A DNA stretch of 64,000 nt. Source: an uncultured Nitrospiraceae bacterium (GTDB lineage Bacteria; Nitrospirota; Thermodesulfovibrionia; Thermodesulfovibrionales; UBA6898). The position numbers were made by a program, and so were the translations under genes. The notes under the pieces were generated by a model, which ran no database searches, was not told where the DNA came from, and saw nothing but the letters and a program-made list of their open reading frames with translations. Shown piece by piece: positions 19,566-31,934 of the stretch; position 1 is the first letter of the stretch, and the number at the start of each line of letters is the position of its first letter. The stretch is taken from contig CAWEQH010000001.1 of assembly GCA_963811165.1 (NCBI GenBank), forward strand, positions 96,001-160,000, given 5' to 3'.

Positions 19566-20491
19566 CTGCCGAACCTCTTTCTTCTGAGGAGCGATGCGAT
19601 GCCTCCCGGCAGGAATATGAGGGCCGCAACAAATATTACGAACCTGCCGACCGGCGCCCATCCCATACCGATATAGGTGGCTGTCAGGGATTCAAATATG
19701 CCCAGGACGATCCCTCCGATAATGGCGCCGACGGTGGAGCCCAGCCCGCCGAGGATCGTGATGACAAAGGCTATGAGAGTGAATTGGCCCCCCAGATCGG
19801 GATATAGGTAATAAATAGGGATGAACAGGCAGCCCGCGGCACCCACCAGGCCCGATCCCAGCCCAAAAGTGATTACCCTCATCTTCTCCACATTCACACC
19901 CATAAGGAGAGCTGCATCGCTGTCCTGGGCGGTCGCCCTTATGGATTTTCCGATATCGGTCTTTGCAAGGAAGAACCACAGGCAGACGGTAATTAAGACT
20001 GCGATCAGGAACGATACCGTCCAGGGGAGGGAGAGGGAAAGCTCGATTGGAGAGGATTTCCAGTAGTCCGAAAGGTACCATGCCTTTGTAGCATAGTCTA
20101 CCGGCGTCGACCTATAGTCCGACTGAAAGATTATGGTCGCCAGATTGGCCAGAACCATAGCCACCCCTACCGTCAGGATGACCTGGTTTTCCGGAAGGAC
20201 CGATTCCACCTTGAGCACCGGATTTATGAGGTACTTCTGAATCGCGACGCCGAGCAGGAATAAAAGAGGCGTCGCGATGAAAACAGAGATATAAGGGTCA
20301 ATATGGAAAAAAGAGAAAAGCGCATATGCGATGTACATGGCGACCATCATCAGCTCCCCGTGGGCCAGATTGATGATCTTCATGACACCCATAATGAGGG
20401 TCATGCCTATGCCGATGAGCGCATAAAGACCGCCCAGGAGAATGCCGGCTATCAGGGTCTGCAATAAAACTTCTATCTGCGCAGATGTCAA
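19562..20491 (-). CDS. livH: Branched-chain amino acid ABC transporter permease
   Basis: GGLYALIGIG, INLAHGE, GKSIRATAQD. Confidence 0.9.
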   Translation of the reverse strand: MTSAQIEVLLQTLIAGILLGGLYALIGIGMTLIMGVMKIINLAHGELMMVAMYIAYALFSFFHIDPYISVFIATPLLFLLGVAIQKYLINPVLKVESVLPENQVILTVGVAMVLANLATIIFQSDYRSTPVDYATKAWYLSDYWKSSPIELSLSLPWTVSFLIAVLITVCLWFFLAKTDIGKSIRATAQDSDAALLMGVNVEKMRVITFGLGSGLVGAAGCLFIPIYYLYPDLGGQFTLIAFVITILGGLGSTVGAIIGGIVLGIFESLTATYIGMGWAPVGRFVIFVAALIFLPGGIASLLRRKRFGR

Positions 20492-20593
20492 CGTTACCTC
20501 GCCTTAATCCCTGCCCCCTCCGCATCTGAGCGGTCTGCATATATGCCGCTCCCTGCGGGAGGGGGCTGGGGTAAGACATCCAACTTTTTTATT

Positions 20594-21781
20594 TTATCTT
20601 CTCTCTCTCCACGAGAGGATCGGGTAAATATACTTTTTATTGGCGTACTGCTGAGGCCATATGGTTTCGAACTCCTCTTTCATGACCTGTATTACGAGGG
20701 TGTCCATAAAGTTCTGGTTCTGGTAGCCCTCCCTGTCCTCAAATTTTACGGGGCCGAAGGCGGTCTTTACATTCGTGGCCTTCAAGGCGTCCCTGATCTT
20801 GTCGGGAGTCCAGCCCTTTGCCCTTTCAAGAGCGTCCTTCAGCACGTACATCGCCGAGTAGGCCGATGCGCCATGGTAAGAAGGATAGTCGCCATATTTC
20901 TTCTTATAGTTTTCGGCATATTCCTTTGCGCCCGCATACTTGACCTGGGGTGTCCAGAGGGTTGCGCTGACGACATCCTCTGCAGCATCTTTTGCATTGT
21001 CGATGAACTCGGGGATGGCAAACCCTGCTGCCCCCCCTGCAAAGAGTCTGGCGTCCAGTCTTAGTTCCTTTATCTGCTTCATCAGCAGGGACGCATCCAT
21101 GACATACGAGACCATGTACACAACTTCAGGCTGGGCCGCCTTCACCTTGGAAAGGAGCGGCTTGAAGTCGACAGAACCGGCCTCATATTTTTCTTTCAGT
21201 AAGACCCTGATACCGAGCTTCTGGGCGTCCTTTACCATCGCCTCCGCTCCCGAAGTCCCGAAGGCGGAGCTTTCATACAGGATGGCCATGGTCTTTGGCT
21301 TGACTACCTTTCTTAGGAAATCAATCAGGCCGTCGCTGTAATGTGCGTTTACCGCGTTTTGACGAAAGACATACTTATAATTCTGCCGCGTGATGTCGTC
21401 GTCGGCGCTGGCTACTATAAGGTAGGGGGTCTTCCTTTCCTCTGCTACCGCAGCCACCGCCTTGGCACATGCAGACGTGTATTCCCCGACGATTATGGGC
21501 TGTTTTTTCACATCAATCAGTTTTTCCACAATCCCCCTCGCGGTTTCGGGTTTTGCCCCGGAATCCTCAAAGGAGAGAAGGAGCTTCTTCTTTTTTATCC
21601 CGCCCTTTGCGTTGATCTCTGCCGCAGCCATCTCATAAGACCGTTTCATCATCTCTCCGAACTTCGCCTGTTTGCCGGTAAGGGGCAGCGGGATGATCAG
21701 CGTAAAATCATCTGCGAATGCCGTGGGCGCGAAAAGACCCAAAAAAAATACTGCCGTAATAACTAATGATATGCGTTTCAT
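20594..21781 (-). CDS. Branched-chain amino acid ABC transporter substrate-binding protein
   Basis: Signal peptide, PLTG, EINAKGGI; first gene of the liv operon. Confidence 0.9.
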   Translation of the reverse strand: MKRISLVITAVFFLGLFAPTAFADDFTLIIPLPLTGKQAKFGEMMKRSYEMAAAEINAKGGIKKKKLLLSFEDSGAKPETARGIVEKLIDVKKQPIIVGEYTSACAKAVAAVAEERKTPYLIVASADDDITRQNYKYVFRQNAVNAHYSDGLIDFLRKVVKPKTMAILYESSAFGTSGAEAMVKDAQKLGIRVLLKEKYEAGSVDFKPLLSKVKAAQPEVVYMVSYVMDASLLMKQIKELRLDARLFAGGAAGFAIPEFIDNAKDAAEDVVSATLWTPQVKYAGAKEYAENYKKKYGDYPSYHGASAYSAMYVLKDALERAKGWTPDKIRDALKATNVKTAFGPVKFEDREGYQNQNFMDTLVIQVMKEEFETIWPQQYANKKYIYPILSWRERR

Positions 21782-21919
21782 ATCTCCTCCTATTAAAGAG
21801 TAATACCTACAGTGTAGTGATAAATAGCGGTTTTTTCAACAGACAAAACCATATTGCGGGCGGCGAGACATTCAAAATTGGTCGCCTGACCGTGAAACGT
21901 GGGGGGATGGTTCGGAAAT

Positions 21920-21958
21920 GAAGGCAGGGGCGGACGATAAGGGTCCGCCCCTGCCTTC
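21920..21958 (-). terminator. Hairpin downstream of the cytochrome operon
   Basis: Perfect 16-bp inverted repeat GAAGGCAGGGGCGGAC/GTCCGCCCCTGCCTTC. Confidence 0.6.
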
Positions 21959-21977
21959 GCCCCAAGAAAAGGGACTA

Positions 21978-22610
21978 TCAGTGGCTGTGTTCCTCCTCCA
22001 GCTCTTCATACCCGGTAAACATCGCCTTGATATGTGCCGTGGCAGTATGCCCCAGCGTGGCAAGGTAGACATGCACAAAGATGAATGAAGTGAAGAAAAG
22101 GAACAGGAATACATGGACCGTATCAACAATCTTTATTCCTCCGACGAGGTTGATCCAGTCCGCAAACATCTTTGCGTTCCACAGAAGCAGCCCTGACCCC
22201 ATCTGAAGCGGGATCAGGAGCATCATAATGGCCAGATACGCCATCTGCTGCAGAGGGTTAAACTTGTTGTCGGGTGTGCTGTGATGGGGATTCGGTTCCC
22301 CCATCAGGATCCCGTACCCATAGTATTTGGCCTGCCTGAGGCTTCCCACTATGAACTTCTTCAGATTGAGGGGAGGGATATAAATCTTTATCTTGCCGGT
22401 AAGAATGTAATACACGAGCCAGACAAAAAAGTTGAAGATGAGCACGAAGCCGAAGAAGTTGTGTATATCCACGGCTTCCTTGAATTTCATGAGGCCCATC
22501 AATTCACGGTAGCGGATCTGGAGGCCGGTGACGATCAAGATTATAAAACTGGTCGCATTGATCCAATGCCAGATCCTGACCGGCAGCGGGTGAAGATATA
22601 TCTTTTTCAT
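21978..22610 (-). CDS. Di-haem cytochrome b (Ni-hydrogenase-type, CbcB-like)
   Basis: RIWHWINA, His ligands in TM helices, KFNPLQ, FVHVYL. Confidence 0.88.
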   Translation of the reverse strand: MKKIYLHPLPVRIWHWINATSFIILIVTGLQIRYRELMGLMKFKEAVDIHNFFGFVLIFNFFVWLVYYILTGKIKIYIPPLNLKKFIVGSLRQAKYYGYGILMGEPNPHHSTPDNKFNPLQQMAYLAIMMLLIPLQMGSGLLLWNAKMFADWINLVGGIKIVDTVHVFLFLFFTSFIFVHVYLATLGHTATAHIKAMFTGYEELEEEHSH

Positions 22611-24370
22611 CTCTTGTCCTCCTTTCTCATTTTGTTCAGCCTCTTGGCTTCACGGATAGGCGATGTCAATATCCTAAGCGTGATGTGTGCTATTGGTAAG
22701 GACATGCCGCCGAAGACCATCAATATCCCGAGCCAATCGAGTCCCTTGAGGCGGGTGCTCCCCAGGACGTAGAACTGCCTGAGCGACAGGAGCGAGAACA
22801 TCGACCCGAGCACCTCAGACTTTGCCTTGTGAAGCGTCATCCTGCCATCCGCCTTTACTATGGCCACCGTAACATTCTTGAAAAAATCGGACTCCTGGCT
22901 GTGGCAGTTTTCACACTCCTTGACCGCGTTTTTCTTGAAGGAGAGCTGGTGCGCCTCCGCGCCTGTGCTCACGTTCATGCTCCCTATAAAAGTCACTTTT
23001 GCGTTCGTGCCTTTTTCATTCATCTTACTGACGAGGCTCCAGAGCTCGTCGGACCGGATGCCGTCTCCATGGGGATCAATTTTATGAGACAGGCCCTCAT
23101 ATGTTGTCCCCAGAATCTTCATCATCTGTTCCTCGGTAAAAGGCTTGCCTGTCTCCTGGTCGTAAAGTCTGAGATAGATGCCCTTGCCCGAACCCGGCGA
23201 ATGGCAGGCCGCGCAGGCGATTGCGCTCAGATGCAGGGAGGCGTTCGGCAGCCACTTTGTATGTTTGGCCTCCGCGTCCTTGTGACAGCCGAGGCAGGCG
23301 CCTTTAATCTTTTCGGCCATCGCCGCGCCCTTCACGTCGTGGGCGAAATGGCAGGAGGAGCAGAGAGGCGCATTGTGCGTGCCTTTTGTCCTTGCCATGC
23401 CGTGCACGCTTTTGGAGTAAATCTTGAATACGTCCTCGTGACACTTCTTGCAGGGGACACCGCTCATGGTTTCGTACGTTGCCTTGGGCCCTACCGTATG
23501 AAAACCGTGGCAGTCCGTGCATACCGGGGCCTTTAGGTTGCCCTCACTTATCATCTTTGCATGGATGCTCTCGCTTACGGCCTTGTGCTTGTCCGCATGA
23601 CATTTATCACAGGCCGAGGATACGGCGATTGAATGTGACCTGTTGCTATCGAACTGCTTGATCGGATGCGACGTCTTCGTGTATTCCACATGGCAGTCGG
23701 AACACGCGTGTTTGTTATGGACGGATGCAGCCAGCAGGGAGGGATCGATAGACAGAGACAACGTCTCCCCATTCTTTTCTTGCTTGCTGATCTTCTGACT
23801 GTGACAGGTTAGACAATACTGATTGTTGCTGCTTAAGGTGGGTTTCCATTCCGAGATGCGCTTCACCGTGTGGGCACCGTGGCACACCGTACATGGAGGG
23901 GCATTTGTTTTGTTTGCGATGAGGCCGTGGTTCGGCTTCGCCTTAAGCTGAGCTTCTGAGTGGCATTTTTTGCACGCTGAGGCAGCTGCGCTGGCAAAGG
24001 CGCTCCTGCTCTCATACGCGTCTGCACTGCCCGGGTGACTGTCCATAGAAATATTCATGTGGCAGTCTGTGCAGCTGAGGAACCGATGGACCGTGCTCTT
24101 GAAGTCCTTCTCATTCACGAATACGGACATCTTTTCCTTGCTCTTGAACGTCTTTGTGAAGTCCTGGGAAGAATGGCAGCCCATGCACACGCTGGAATTC
24201 TCCAGAATGTCGGTCTTTTTCGCAGAAGCGAGTCCCGGCAACGCAAGGAGAAGGGTCATAAGCGCGATGAGCGGCAGCAAACATACATACAGCATGCCCA
24301 GTATGGGGCCGAATACGACGAGGCCGATCGTGCCTTTTCCTGATATTTTCTCAGCAGTTTCTTCAGACAT
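22607..24370 (-). CDS. Multihaem cytochrome c (13 CxxCH), membrane-anchored
   Basis: 13 CxxCH motifs counted; hydrophobic N-terminus; C-terminal TM helix with His; overlaps the cytochrome b start. Confidence 0.92.
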   Translation of the reverse strand: MSEETAEKISGKGTIGLVVFGPILGMLYVCLLPLIALMTLLLALPGLASAKKTDILENSSVCMGCHSSQDFTKTFKSKEKMSVFVNEKDFKSTVHRFLSCTDCHMNISMDSHPGSADAYESRSAFASAAASACKKCHSEAQLKAKPNHGLIANKTNAPPCTVCHGAHTVKRISEWKPTLSSNNQYCLTCHSQKISKQEKNGETLSLSIDPSLLAASVHNKHACSDCHVEYTKTSHPIKQFDSNRSHSIAVSSACDKCHADKHKAVSESIHAKMISEGNLKAPVCTDCHGFHTVGPKATYETMSGVPCKKCHEDVFKIYSKSVHGMARTKGTHNAPLCSSCHFAHDVKGAAMAEKIKGACLGCHKDAEAKHTKWLPNASLHLSAIACAACHSPGSGKGIYLRLYDQETGKPFTEEQMMKILGTTYEGLSHKIDPHGDGIRSDELWSLVSKMNEKGTNAKVTFIGSMNVSTGAEAHQLSFKKNAVKECENCHSQESDFFKNVTVAIVKADGRMTLHKAKSEVLGSMFSLLSLRQFYVLGSTRLKGLDWLGILMVFGGMSLPIAHITLRILTSPIREAKRLNKMRKEDKR

Positions 24371-24535
24371 TTTTTCTACCTCCTTTTCTTAAGATTTTTT
24401 TGCGACAACAAAAAAACTGTTCTTACCTCCTTTCCGATAGGTAACTGCTTGGCCAAACGCGTGTTCACAATATGTAAAAATGAAAACATGCCGAAGCCTT
24501 TCTCAGATACACAATATCAGGAGGGGACGGGTGAA

Positions 24536-24579
24536 CACAATCGGTAATACTTCCTATATCAGATAGGAGAAATGTCCTA
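24536..24579 (-). promoter_or_regulatory. Shared ~44-bp upstream motif, copy 1
   Basis: CACAATCGGTA-N5-TCCTA...GGAGAAATGTCCTA; aligns with 27058-27100 and 49904-49948. Confidence 0.5.
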
Positions 24580-24768
24580 CACAACGAGGCATTATTGAGG
24601 TGGAGGTTCAGAAATCGTGTTAAATCGTTGGCTTATAGCTGTTTCGTCTTTTTTTGAGGATGAGAAATTCCTGGACCCTGCGGAACAGGTTATTAAAGTC
24701 GCGTGGCTGAAACTCGATTGGGTGTTTCGGTATAATATATCGCTGATATAGCTATTGAGGAGGACGTC

Positions 24769-24894
24769 ATGATAAGAAGAATTGTCTTAGCTTCCCTGTG
24801 TGTAGCAATCCTTGCCGGATGCAATACCGTCAAAGGTGTCGGAAAAGATATCGAATCCGGAGGGAAGGCGATCGAAAAGTCCTCCGGCAAATAA
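24769..24894 (+). CDS. Entericidin A/B family lipoprotein (41 aa, below the ORF-track cutoff)
   Basis: MIRRIVLASLCVAILAGCNTVKGVGKDIESGGKAIEKSSGK; lipobox LAGC; GAGGAGG SD. Confidence 0.9.
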   Translation: MIRRIVLASLCVAILAGCNTVKGVGKDIESGGKAIEKSSGK

Positions 24895-24994
24895 CGCGGA
24901 TATCCCTGATCCCGACAATCCGTACTATTTGATCCTGGCCGTCGCATTGTTCAGTATGCCGCTGCGGCCGTTGGCTTTCGGGTATGGGGTAAGC

Positions 24995-25891
24995 TTACTC
25001 GAGTCTCCCCTCCCGTTTGAGCTTATCGAGAAGGGCCCTTATGTTCGGCATCGCCTCATATGCCGCCTTTTCTCCTTCGAGGATCGCTTCATGTCTCTTT
25101 TCGAAGTCACCTGAGCCGATATAGCCGACCTTCGGTCTTATTACAATGTCTGCCTTTGTGATCTGGATGCCGGCAAGCTTCGAATACATAATATTAATCG
25201 CCTGAAGTATCGTGTCGATTGTTCCCTCAGGCTGTTTGGTGTCGCGGTCCGCCGAGATATCGACCGCAATAACGATATCAGCGCCGTACCTCTTTGCGGC
25301 ATCGACCGCCACAGGGCTCACTACGCCGCCGTCTACATACATTTTATCGCCGATCTTCGCGGGTCTGAATACACCCGGGATCGAACAGCTCGCCCGGACA
25401 GCGGTCCCGGTATTGCCTTTGCCGAAGACCACTTCCTGCCCTGAGGGGATGTTCGTGGCGACCGCATAAAAGGGTATCTTCAACTTTTCGATCGGCGTTT
25501 TCCTTACCATAGTGTTCACATATTCTTCGAGTTTTTCTCCCTTTACGAACCCGTTATCAGGGATACAGATATCGGCGATATCTCCTTTTTCTATAGAGAG
25601 CGCGATCTTCTGGAGTTGGAAGGCATCAAAACCATAGGCATAGAGGCTCCCTACAAAACTGCCGGCGCTCGTTCCTACGATCATATGGATAGGGACTTTA
25701 CTTGTTTCAAGCACTTTCAGGACCCCTATATGGGCGAACCCCCTCGACGCACCGGCGCCGAGGACCACCGCTATCCTTGCCTGCTTATGGGGAGGTTGTA
25801 CCTCTTTTGTGGCGCATGAGGGCGTTATTATGAATAACATGAACGCAACAAAACAAAGCCTGTTTCGTATCACCGAGCCGATTAATGACAC
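24995..25891 (-). CDS. Patatin-like phospholipase
   Basis: GAGASRG, GTSAG, DGG motifs; GTG start after AGGAGG. Confidence 0.9.
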   Translation of the reverse strand: MSLIGSVIRNRLCFVAFMLFIITPSCATKEVQPPHKQARIAVVLGAGASRGFAHIGVLKVLETSKVPIHMIVGTSAGSFVGSLYAYGFDAFQLQKIALSIEKGDIADICIPDNGFVKGEKLEEYVNTMVRKTPIEKLKIPFYAVATNIPSGQEVVFGKGNTGTAVRASCSIPGVFRPAKIGDKMYVDGGVVSPVAVDAAKRYGADIVIAVDISADRDTKQPEGTIDTILQAINIMYSKLAGIQITKADIVIRPKVGYIGSGDFEKRHEAILEGEKAAYEAMPNIRALLDKLKREGRLE

Positions 25892-26082
25892 TGCCGCCTC
25901 CTTATTGTATTGTTCAGACCACAGTCTTCTTCGGGCAAATACGGCTACATTATAAACCAATGAACCTCTTTAATTCACTCGCCGGCGCCTCCATTGAACA
26001 GGCTGAAATAGGTGTGATATAATCCGGTGTTCTTGAGCCGACGGGCTCACGGTAGAAAAAATAAATGGAGGAGGTATCACAA

Positions 26083-26508
26083 ATGCGAAAAACAACCGGT
26101 CTGGTATCTGCGGCCCTAATGATCTTATGGGCTTCGGCAGCCATTGCGGGTCCGAACATGCAGGAAGGGAAATGGGAAATCACGTCGAAGGTGGAGATGA
26201 AGGGAATGCCGATGGAGATGCCCGCTGTCAAGACCACCATGTGTCTTAACAGCAAAGAGACGGTACCTCAAAAGCCGGAAAAGAACCAGGACTGCAAAAT
26301 GATAAGTAATAAAATCGAAGGCAGCACCGTGACCTGGGTCATGCAGTGCCGCGACAAAAAAGGAAATACCATAGACAGCAGCGGGAGGATCACTTACAAG
26401 GGCGCGAGCTTTGACGGCGCCGTCGAGATGGACATGACCGGCAAGCAGGGCAAGCAGCATATGTCCCAGAAGATGAGCGGCAAGCGGATAGGAGACTGTA
26501 CTAAATAG
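26083..26508 (+). CDS. Exported DUF3617-like protein
   Basis: Signal peptide, GKWEIT, conserved Cys residues, GKRIGDC C-terminus. Confidence 0.75.
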   Translation: MRKTTGLVSAALMILWASAAIAGPNMQEGKWEITSKVEMKGMPMEMPAVKTTMCLNSKETVPQKPEKNQDCKMISNKIEGSTVTWVMQCRDKKGNTIDSSGRITYKGASFDGAVEMDMTGKQGKQHMSQKMSGKRIGDCTK

Positions 26509-26539
26509 AATTATTTGCTACATAAGTTGTTTGAAATTG

Positions 26540-26585
26540 AAACTAGAAGGGGACCATGAGATATCCTGGTCCCCTTCTAGTTTTT
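26540..26585. terminator. Bidirectional rho-independent terminator
   Basis: AAACTAGAAGGGGACCA/TGGTCCCCTTCTAGTTT between convergent genes. Confidence 0.8.
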
Positions 26586-26601
26586 GCTGTTGATCAGTGG
26601 G

Positions 26602-26970
26602 TCATTCCTTTTTTTCTTCCCTTTTTTCGCTTTTCCTTGCGCTGCGTCTCTTGCCGGCAAGATAGGCCTCACTCGGTTGCCAGCTGAATGCTGCACCCCT
26701 GTATGCGCTTGCTGCCAACCCTCCAAAGAGCCTCTTGAAAAGTACCGATGCCAACATCGCCAGCCCGATAAAAGGGAGAAATACGGCATAGGCCAGGCCG
26801 AGGACCGGTGCCGCGACGAGAATTGCCACCGGATGCGCCTTGTAATATCTTTGAGTCCTGTCGCCGGGAAGAATCCCTGCTTCTTCGATATGCACCCTGT
26901 TGCCCGTTGCAAAATTCCAGTAATTCCCCATCCCCACGCTGTCGCCGCCTATGCTCGTTATGCGTAACAT
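26602..26970 (-). CDS. Small membrane protein of unknown function (paralogue of 50016-50396)
   Basis: GxYWNFxTG, GILPG, ILVAAPVLGLAYAVFLPFIG, WQPSEAYLAGK; AGGAGG SD. Confidence 0.85.
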   Translation of the reverse strand: MLRITSIGGDSVGMGNYWNFATGNRVHIEEAGILPGDRTQRYYKAHPVAILVAAPVLGLAYAVFLPFIGLAMLASVLFKRLFGGLAASAYRGAAFSWQPSEAYLAGKRRSARKSEKREEKKE

Positions 26971-27057
26971 TTTGCTCCTCCTTTCGGCCTCCTGGCCGGC
27001 TTCCTTTTCTCTTTTTCTCTCTTCCATGGTTACAGCGTATCAAATGCATACATCCTT

Positions 27058-27100
27058 CACAATTGGTACTCTGTCCTAGTAACCGGGAAAATATGTCTTA
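27058..27100 (-). promoter_or_regulatory. Shared ~44-bp upstream motif, copy 2
   Basis: CACAATTGGTA-N5-TCCTA...GGAAAATATGTCTTA. Confidence 0.5.
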
Positions 27101-27136
27101 GGGCAAGGGATAATAAGGAGGACGGGTGAAATGAGA

Positions 27137-27856
27137 TCAGCTAACCGAAAAATCCTTCCACTCCCCGTCTTCGTAAACCTGGTTTGGACGGAAGAACTTC
27201 TTATAAGACATCTTGGGGGTCTCTTCGATGCAAAACCCGAGGTAATAATATTTCTTCCGCAGTGCGCGGGCAAGCGATATTTCCTGCAGGATGCTGAATA
27301 TCCCGGGCCTTCTGTCGAGACGACCTGTGTCGTAATAGAAGTAGGCTGACGAGAGGGCGTCTTCACCTTCATCTACTACCCCTATCGCGATCAAACGTTC
27401 TCCGATGAAATAATCCATTTCGATGCTCCCGGCATAGCCGTGGTGGAGGCCTGAAAGGGTCATCGGACAATCCCCCGTGTCGTCCTCTTGGCCTGCAGGG
27501 TGTTTTGAGGAAACGTATCTCCTGTACAGATCGATCTTGGCCGGGGTGACAGAAGGGATGCGATATTCGACCCTCACGTCCCTGTTTTTTCTCAGCGTCC
27601 TTCGCTGACTCTTGCTCGCCCTGAACTTTTCCGTTTCCAGACGGATCGGGTGACATGATGAACATCCGCGGCATACATTCCGATACAGAACGCTGCCGAG
27701 GCGCCTGTATCCGGCAGCAAGGAATGTGTGGAAGTTCCGGGAAAGACCTTCAGCAGGCAGGACAAACTCGAGTGATGCGGTCCGGTCATCATTGATATAA
27801 GGACAGGGCAAATCCTCAGTCAGAGAAACCCAGTCCTGCAAATCACGTTTTTCCAT
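27137..27856 (-). CDS. Arginyl-tRNA-protein transferase family protein (bacterial Ate/Bpt)
   Basis: PCPY, GYRRLG, CRGCSSC, SAYFYYD, YYYLG, KMSYK. Confidence 0.88.
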   Translation of the reverse strand: MEKRDLQDWVSLTEDLPCPYINDDRTASLEFVLPAEGLSRNFHTFLAAGYRRLGSVLYRNVCRGCSSCHPIRLETEKFRASKSQRRTLRKNRDVRVEYRIPSVTPAKIDLYRRYVSSKHPAGQEDDTGDCPMTLSGLHHGYAGSIEMDYFIGERLIAIGVVDEGEDALSSAYFYYDTGRLDRRPGIFSILQEISLARALRKKYYYLGFCIEETPKMSYKKFFRPNQVYEDGEWKDFSVS

Positions 27857-28044
27857 CGTTATCCCAGCTACCTTATTATATCCGATAGTGAAGTCCCAAA
27901 CCCTTTTATGTGGGCCGCCCGCTTAATTGCTTTGGCCGGAAGATTTCAAATACAAAGACGGGGCTGTCGCTTCTTGACGGACAACCTGCGGGAAAGTGTA
28001 TTATTATCTGAGAATTCGGAAGATGCTGTCTTTTGAAGGGGGGC

Positions 28045-28545
28045 ATGATGAAACAAAAGAAAGCGGGCAATAATGAGTTCTGCGACATTCTTGAGACCCC
28101 CGTGGGAACACTTTATCTCCTTTTCAATGCTCACCTCCTGACAGGCATAGCCTTTGAAAGACCCGCCGGTCTATATCTGAAAAAGACAGACGATGCCGCA
28201 TTCGTGAAAAAAGAGCTGACCGAATACTTCGAAAAAGGCAGAAGGGACTTTGCATGCAAGACGGCGTTTACCGAGGGCACCGATTTCGAGAGGCTCGTGT
28301 GGGATGCTCTGAGGGAAGTCCCCTATGGAGAAACAAGGACTTATAAGTGGGTGGCGGAGAAGATCGGGAAACCGCATGCCTTCAGGGCGGTTGGAAACGC
28401 CCTCGGGAAAAACCCTATCCCTATTATTTTCCCCTGTCATCGGATCATCGAGTCCGACGGTTCCCTCGGAGGATATTCCTCCGGAGAGGAGATTAAGCGC
28501 AGGTTGCTCGAAATGGAATACTATACAAAAAAGTCTAAGAGCTAA
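28045..28545 (+). CDS. ogt: Methylated-DNA-protein-cysteine methyltransferase
   Basis: VPYGETRTY, RAVGNA, PCHR active site. Confidence 0.92.
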   Translation: MMKQKKAGNNEFCDILETPVGTLYLLFNAHLLTGIAFERPAGLYLKKTDDAAFVKKELTEYFEKGRRDFACKTAFTEGTDFERLVWDALREVPYGETRTYKWVAEKIGKPHAFRAVGNALGKNPIPIIFPCHRIIESDGSLGGYSSGEEIKRRLLEMEYYTKKSKS

Positions 28546-28587
28546 AAGATTTGTGTTCGTGCTAGGAAAAAAGATGGAGTCGAGCAT

Positions 28588-28726
28588 GCGTGAAGGAGGG
28601 GGCCATCTTTTCGCTCATTCTCGTCCCGTAAGCTTGGTTTCTGGACTCCGAGGCAATTTCTCGACCCGCTTTTACGGGTCAATACGAGAAATTGAAGCCG
28701 CTCAAAGACGATCCCATCCTTCGCGC
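28588..28726. repeat. Nested palindromic intergenic element
   Basis: Outer GCGTGAAGGA/TCCTTCGCGC and inner AATTTCTCG-ACCCG/CGGGT-CGAGAAATT stems. Confidence 0.45.
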
Positions 28727-28946
28727 CCGCCCTATCACTATTTCTTGTTTAAAGACAGATGCAGGACATGCGGAAAAAACTTTATCTGCGCCACCTTTGT
28801 AAGAGCAATGCTATGTAAAAAAACAGATCGTTTAAGTAAAGGGTCAGATTACACAGAAAATGCAAATTGCGACATTATAAAGTTTTTTGGAGTATGCCCT
28901 GAATCAATGTTAGCTTTACAAAGTCTTTCCGTGCGTGGTAGATTTC

Positions 28947-29324
28947 ATGATGAAATACGGCGAAAAGGCAATAAAAAGGACGAGACTTGAGATATGGGAA
29001 AACCCGCATCCCGAGCGTGATTACGAGGTCAATATCACCCTTCCCGAATTCACCTGTCTTTGTCCGAGGTCGGGTTATCCTGATTTTGCAACGTTCATCG
29101 TAAGGTACGTCCCCGATCAAAAGATCGTCGAGCTTAAATCTCTGAAACTTTACCTCAACGCGTTCAGAAACGAATACCTCTCCCATGAAGAGATTACGAA
29201 CAGGCTCTATTCCGAGCTGAAAAAAAAGCTAACGCCGAGGTTTTTGGAGGTGGTCGGAGACTTTAATCCGAGGGGGAACGTCAAGACTTCAATAAAGGTG
29301 AGTTCGGAACAGCAGAAGAAGTAA
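28947..29324 (+). CDS. queF: 7-cyano-7-deazaguanine reductase
   Basis: [30 protein letters not shown]. Confidence 0.95.
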   Translation: MMKYGEKAIKRTRLEIWENPHPERDYEVNITLPEFTCLCPRSGYPDFATFIVRYVPDQKIVELKSLKLYLNAFRNEYLSHEEITNRLYSELKKKLTPRFLEVVGDFNPRGNVKTSIKVSSEQQKK

Positions 29325-29659
29325 CTGTTTGCGTCGGTCAAGAGAAAAAACGCCTCGATTTCTCATGCCCAGTCGCTAAGTATCAGGCACTCGATATCTC
29401 TTACTCTCCCGAAAACCTTATCATTACAAACAAATCCTGTGGCCCCTCCGGAAAGAGCGGTTTAGTTCTACATATTTGTATTACGCATTGAAGTAGTGTG
29501 AGTTTTTGCAATGCATCCGGGAATTCCTTTTCTACGTGCTTCATAGCTCGCCGAAATTCCGCCTCTGACATTATGCCGAAATCGTCTCCTGTCCCCCACT
29601 GGAATTCAATAGAAATTGCATGCTACAATACCGAATCTTTTTCCCCGAGGTAGATAAAA

Positions 29660-31934
<2,275 letters not shown>

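Noticed and set aside
20497..20572. Long hairpin between the binding-protein gene and livH
   Set aside because: Typical mRNA-stabilising stem after ABC binding-protein genes; not novel.
28780..28946. preQ1 riboswitch upstream of queF
   Set aside because: No recognisable preQ1 stem-loop and A-rich tail consensus.
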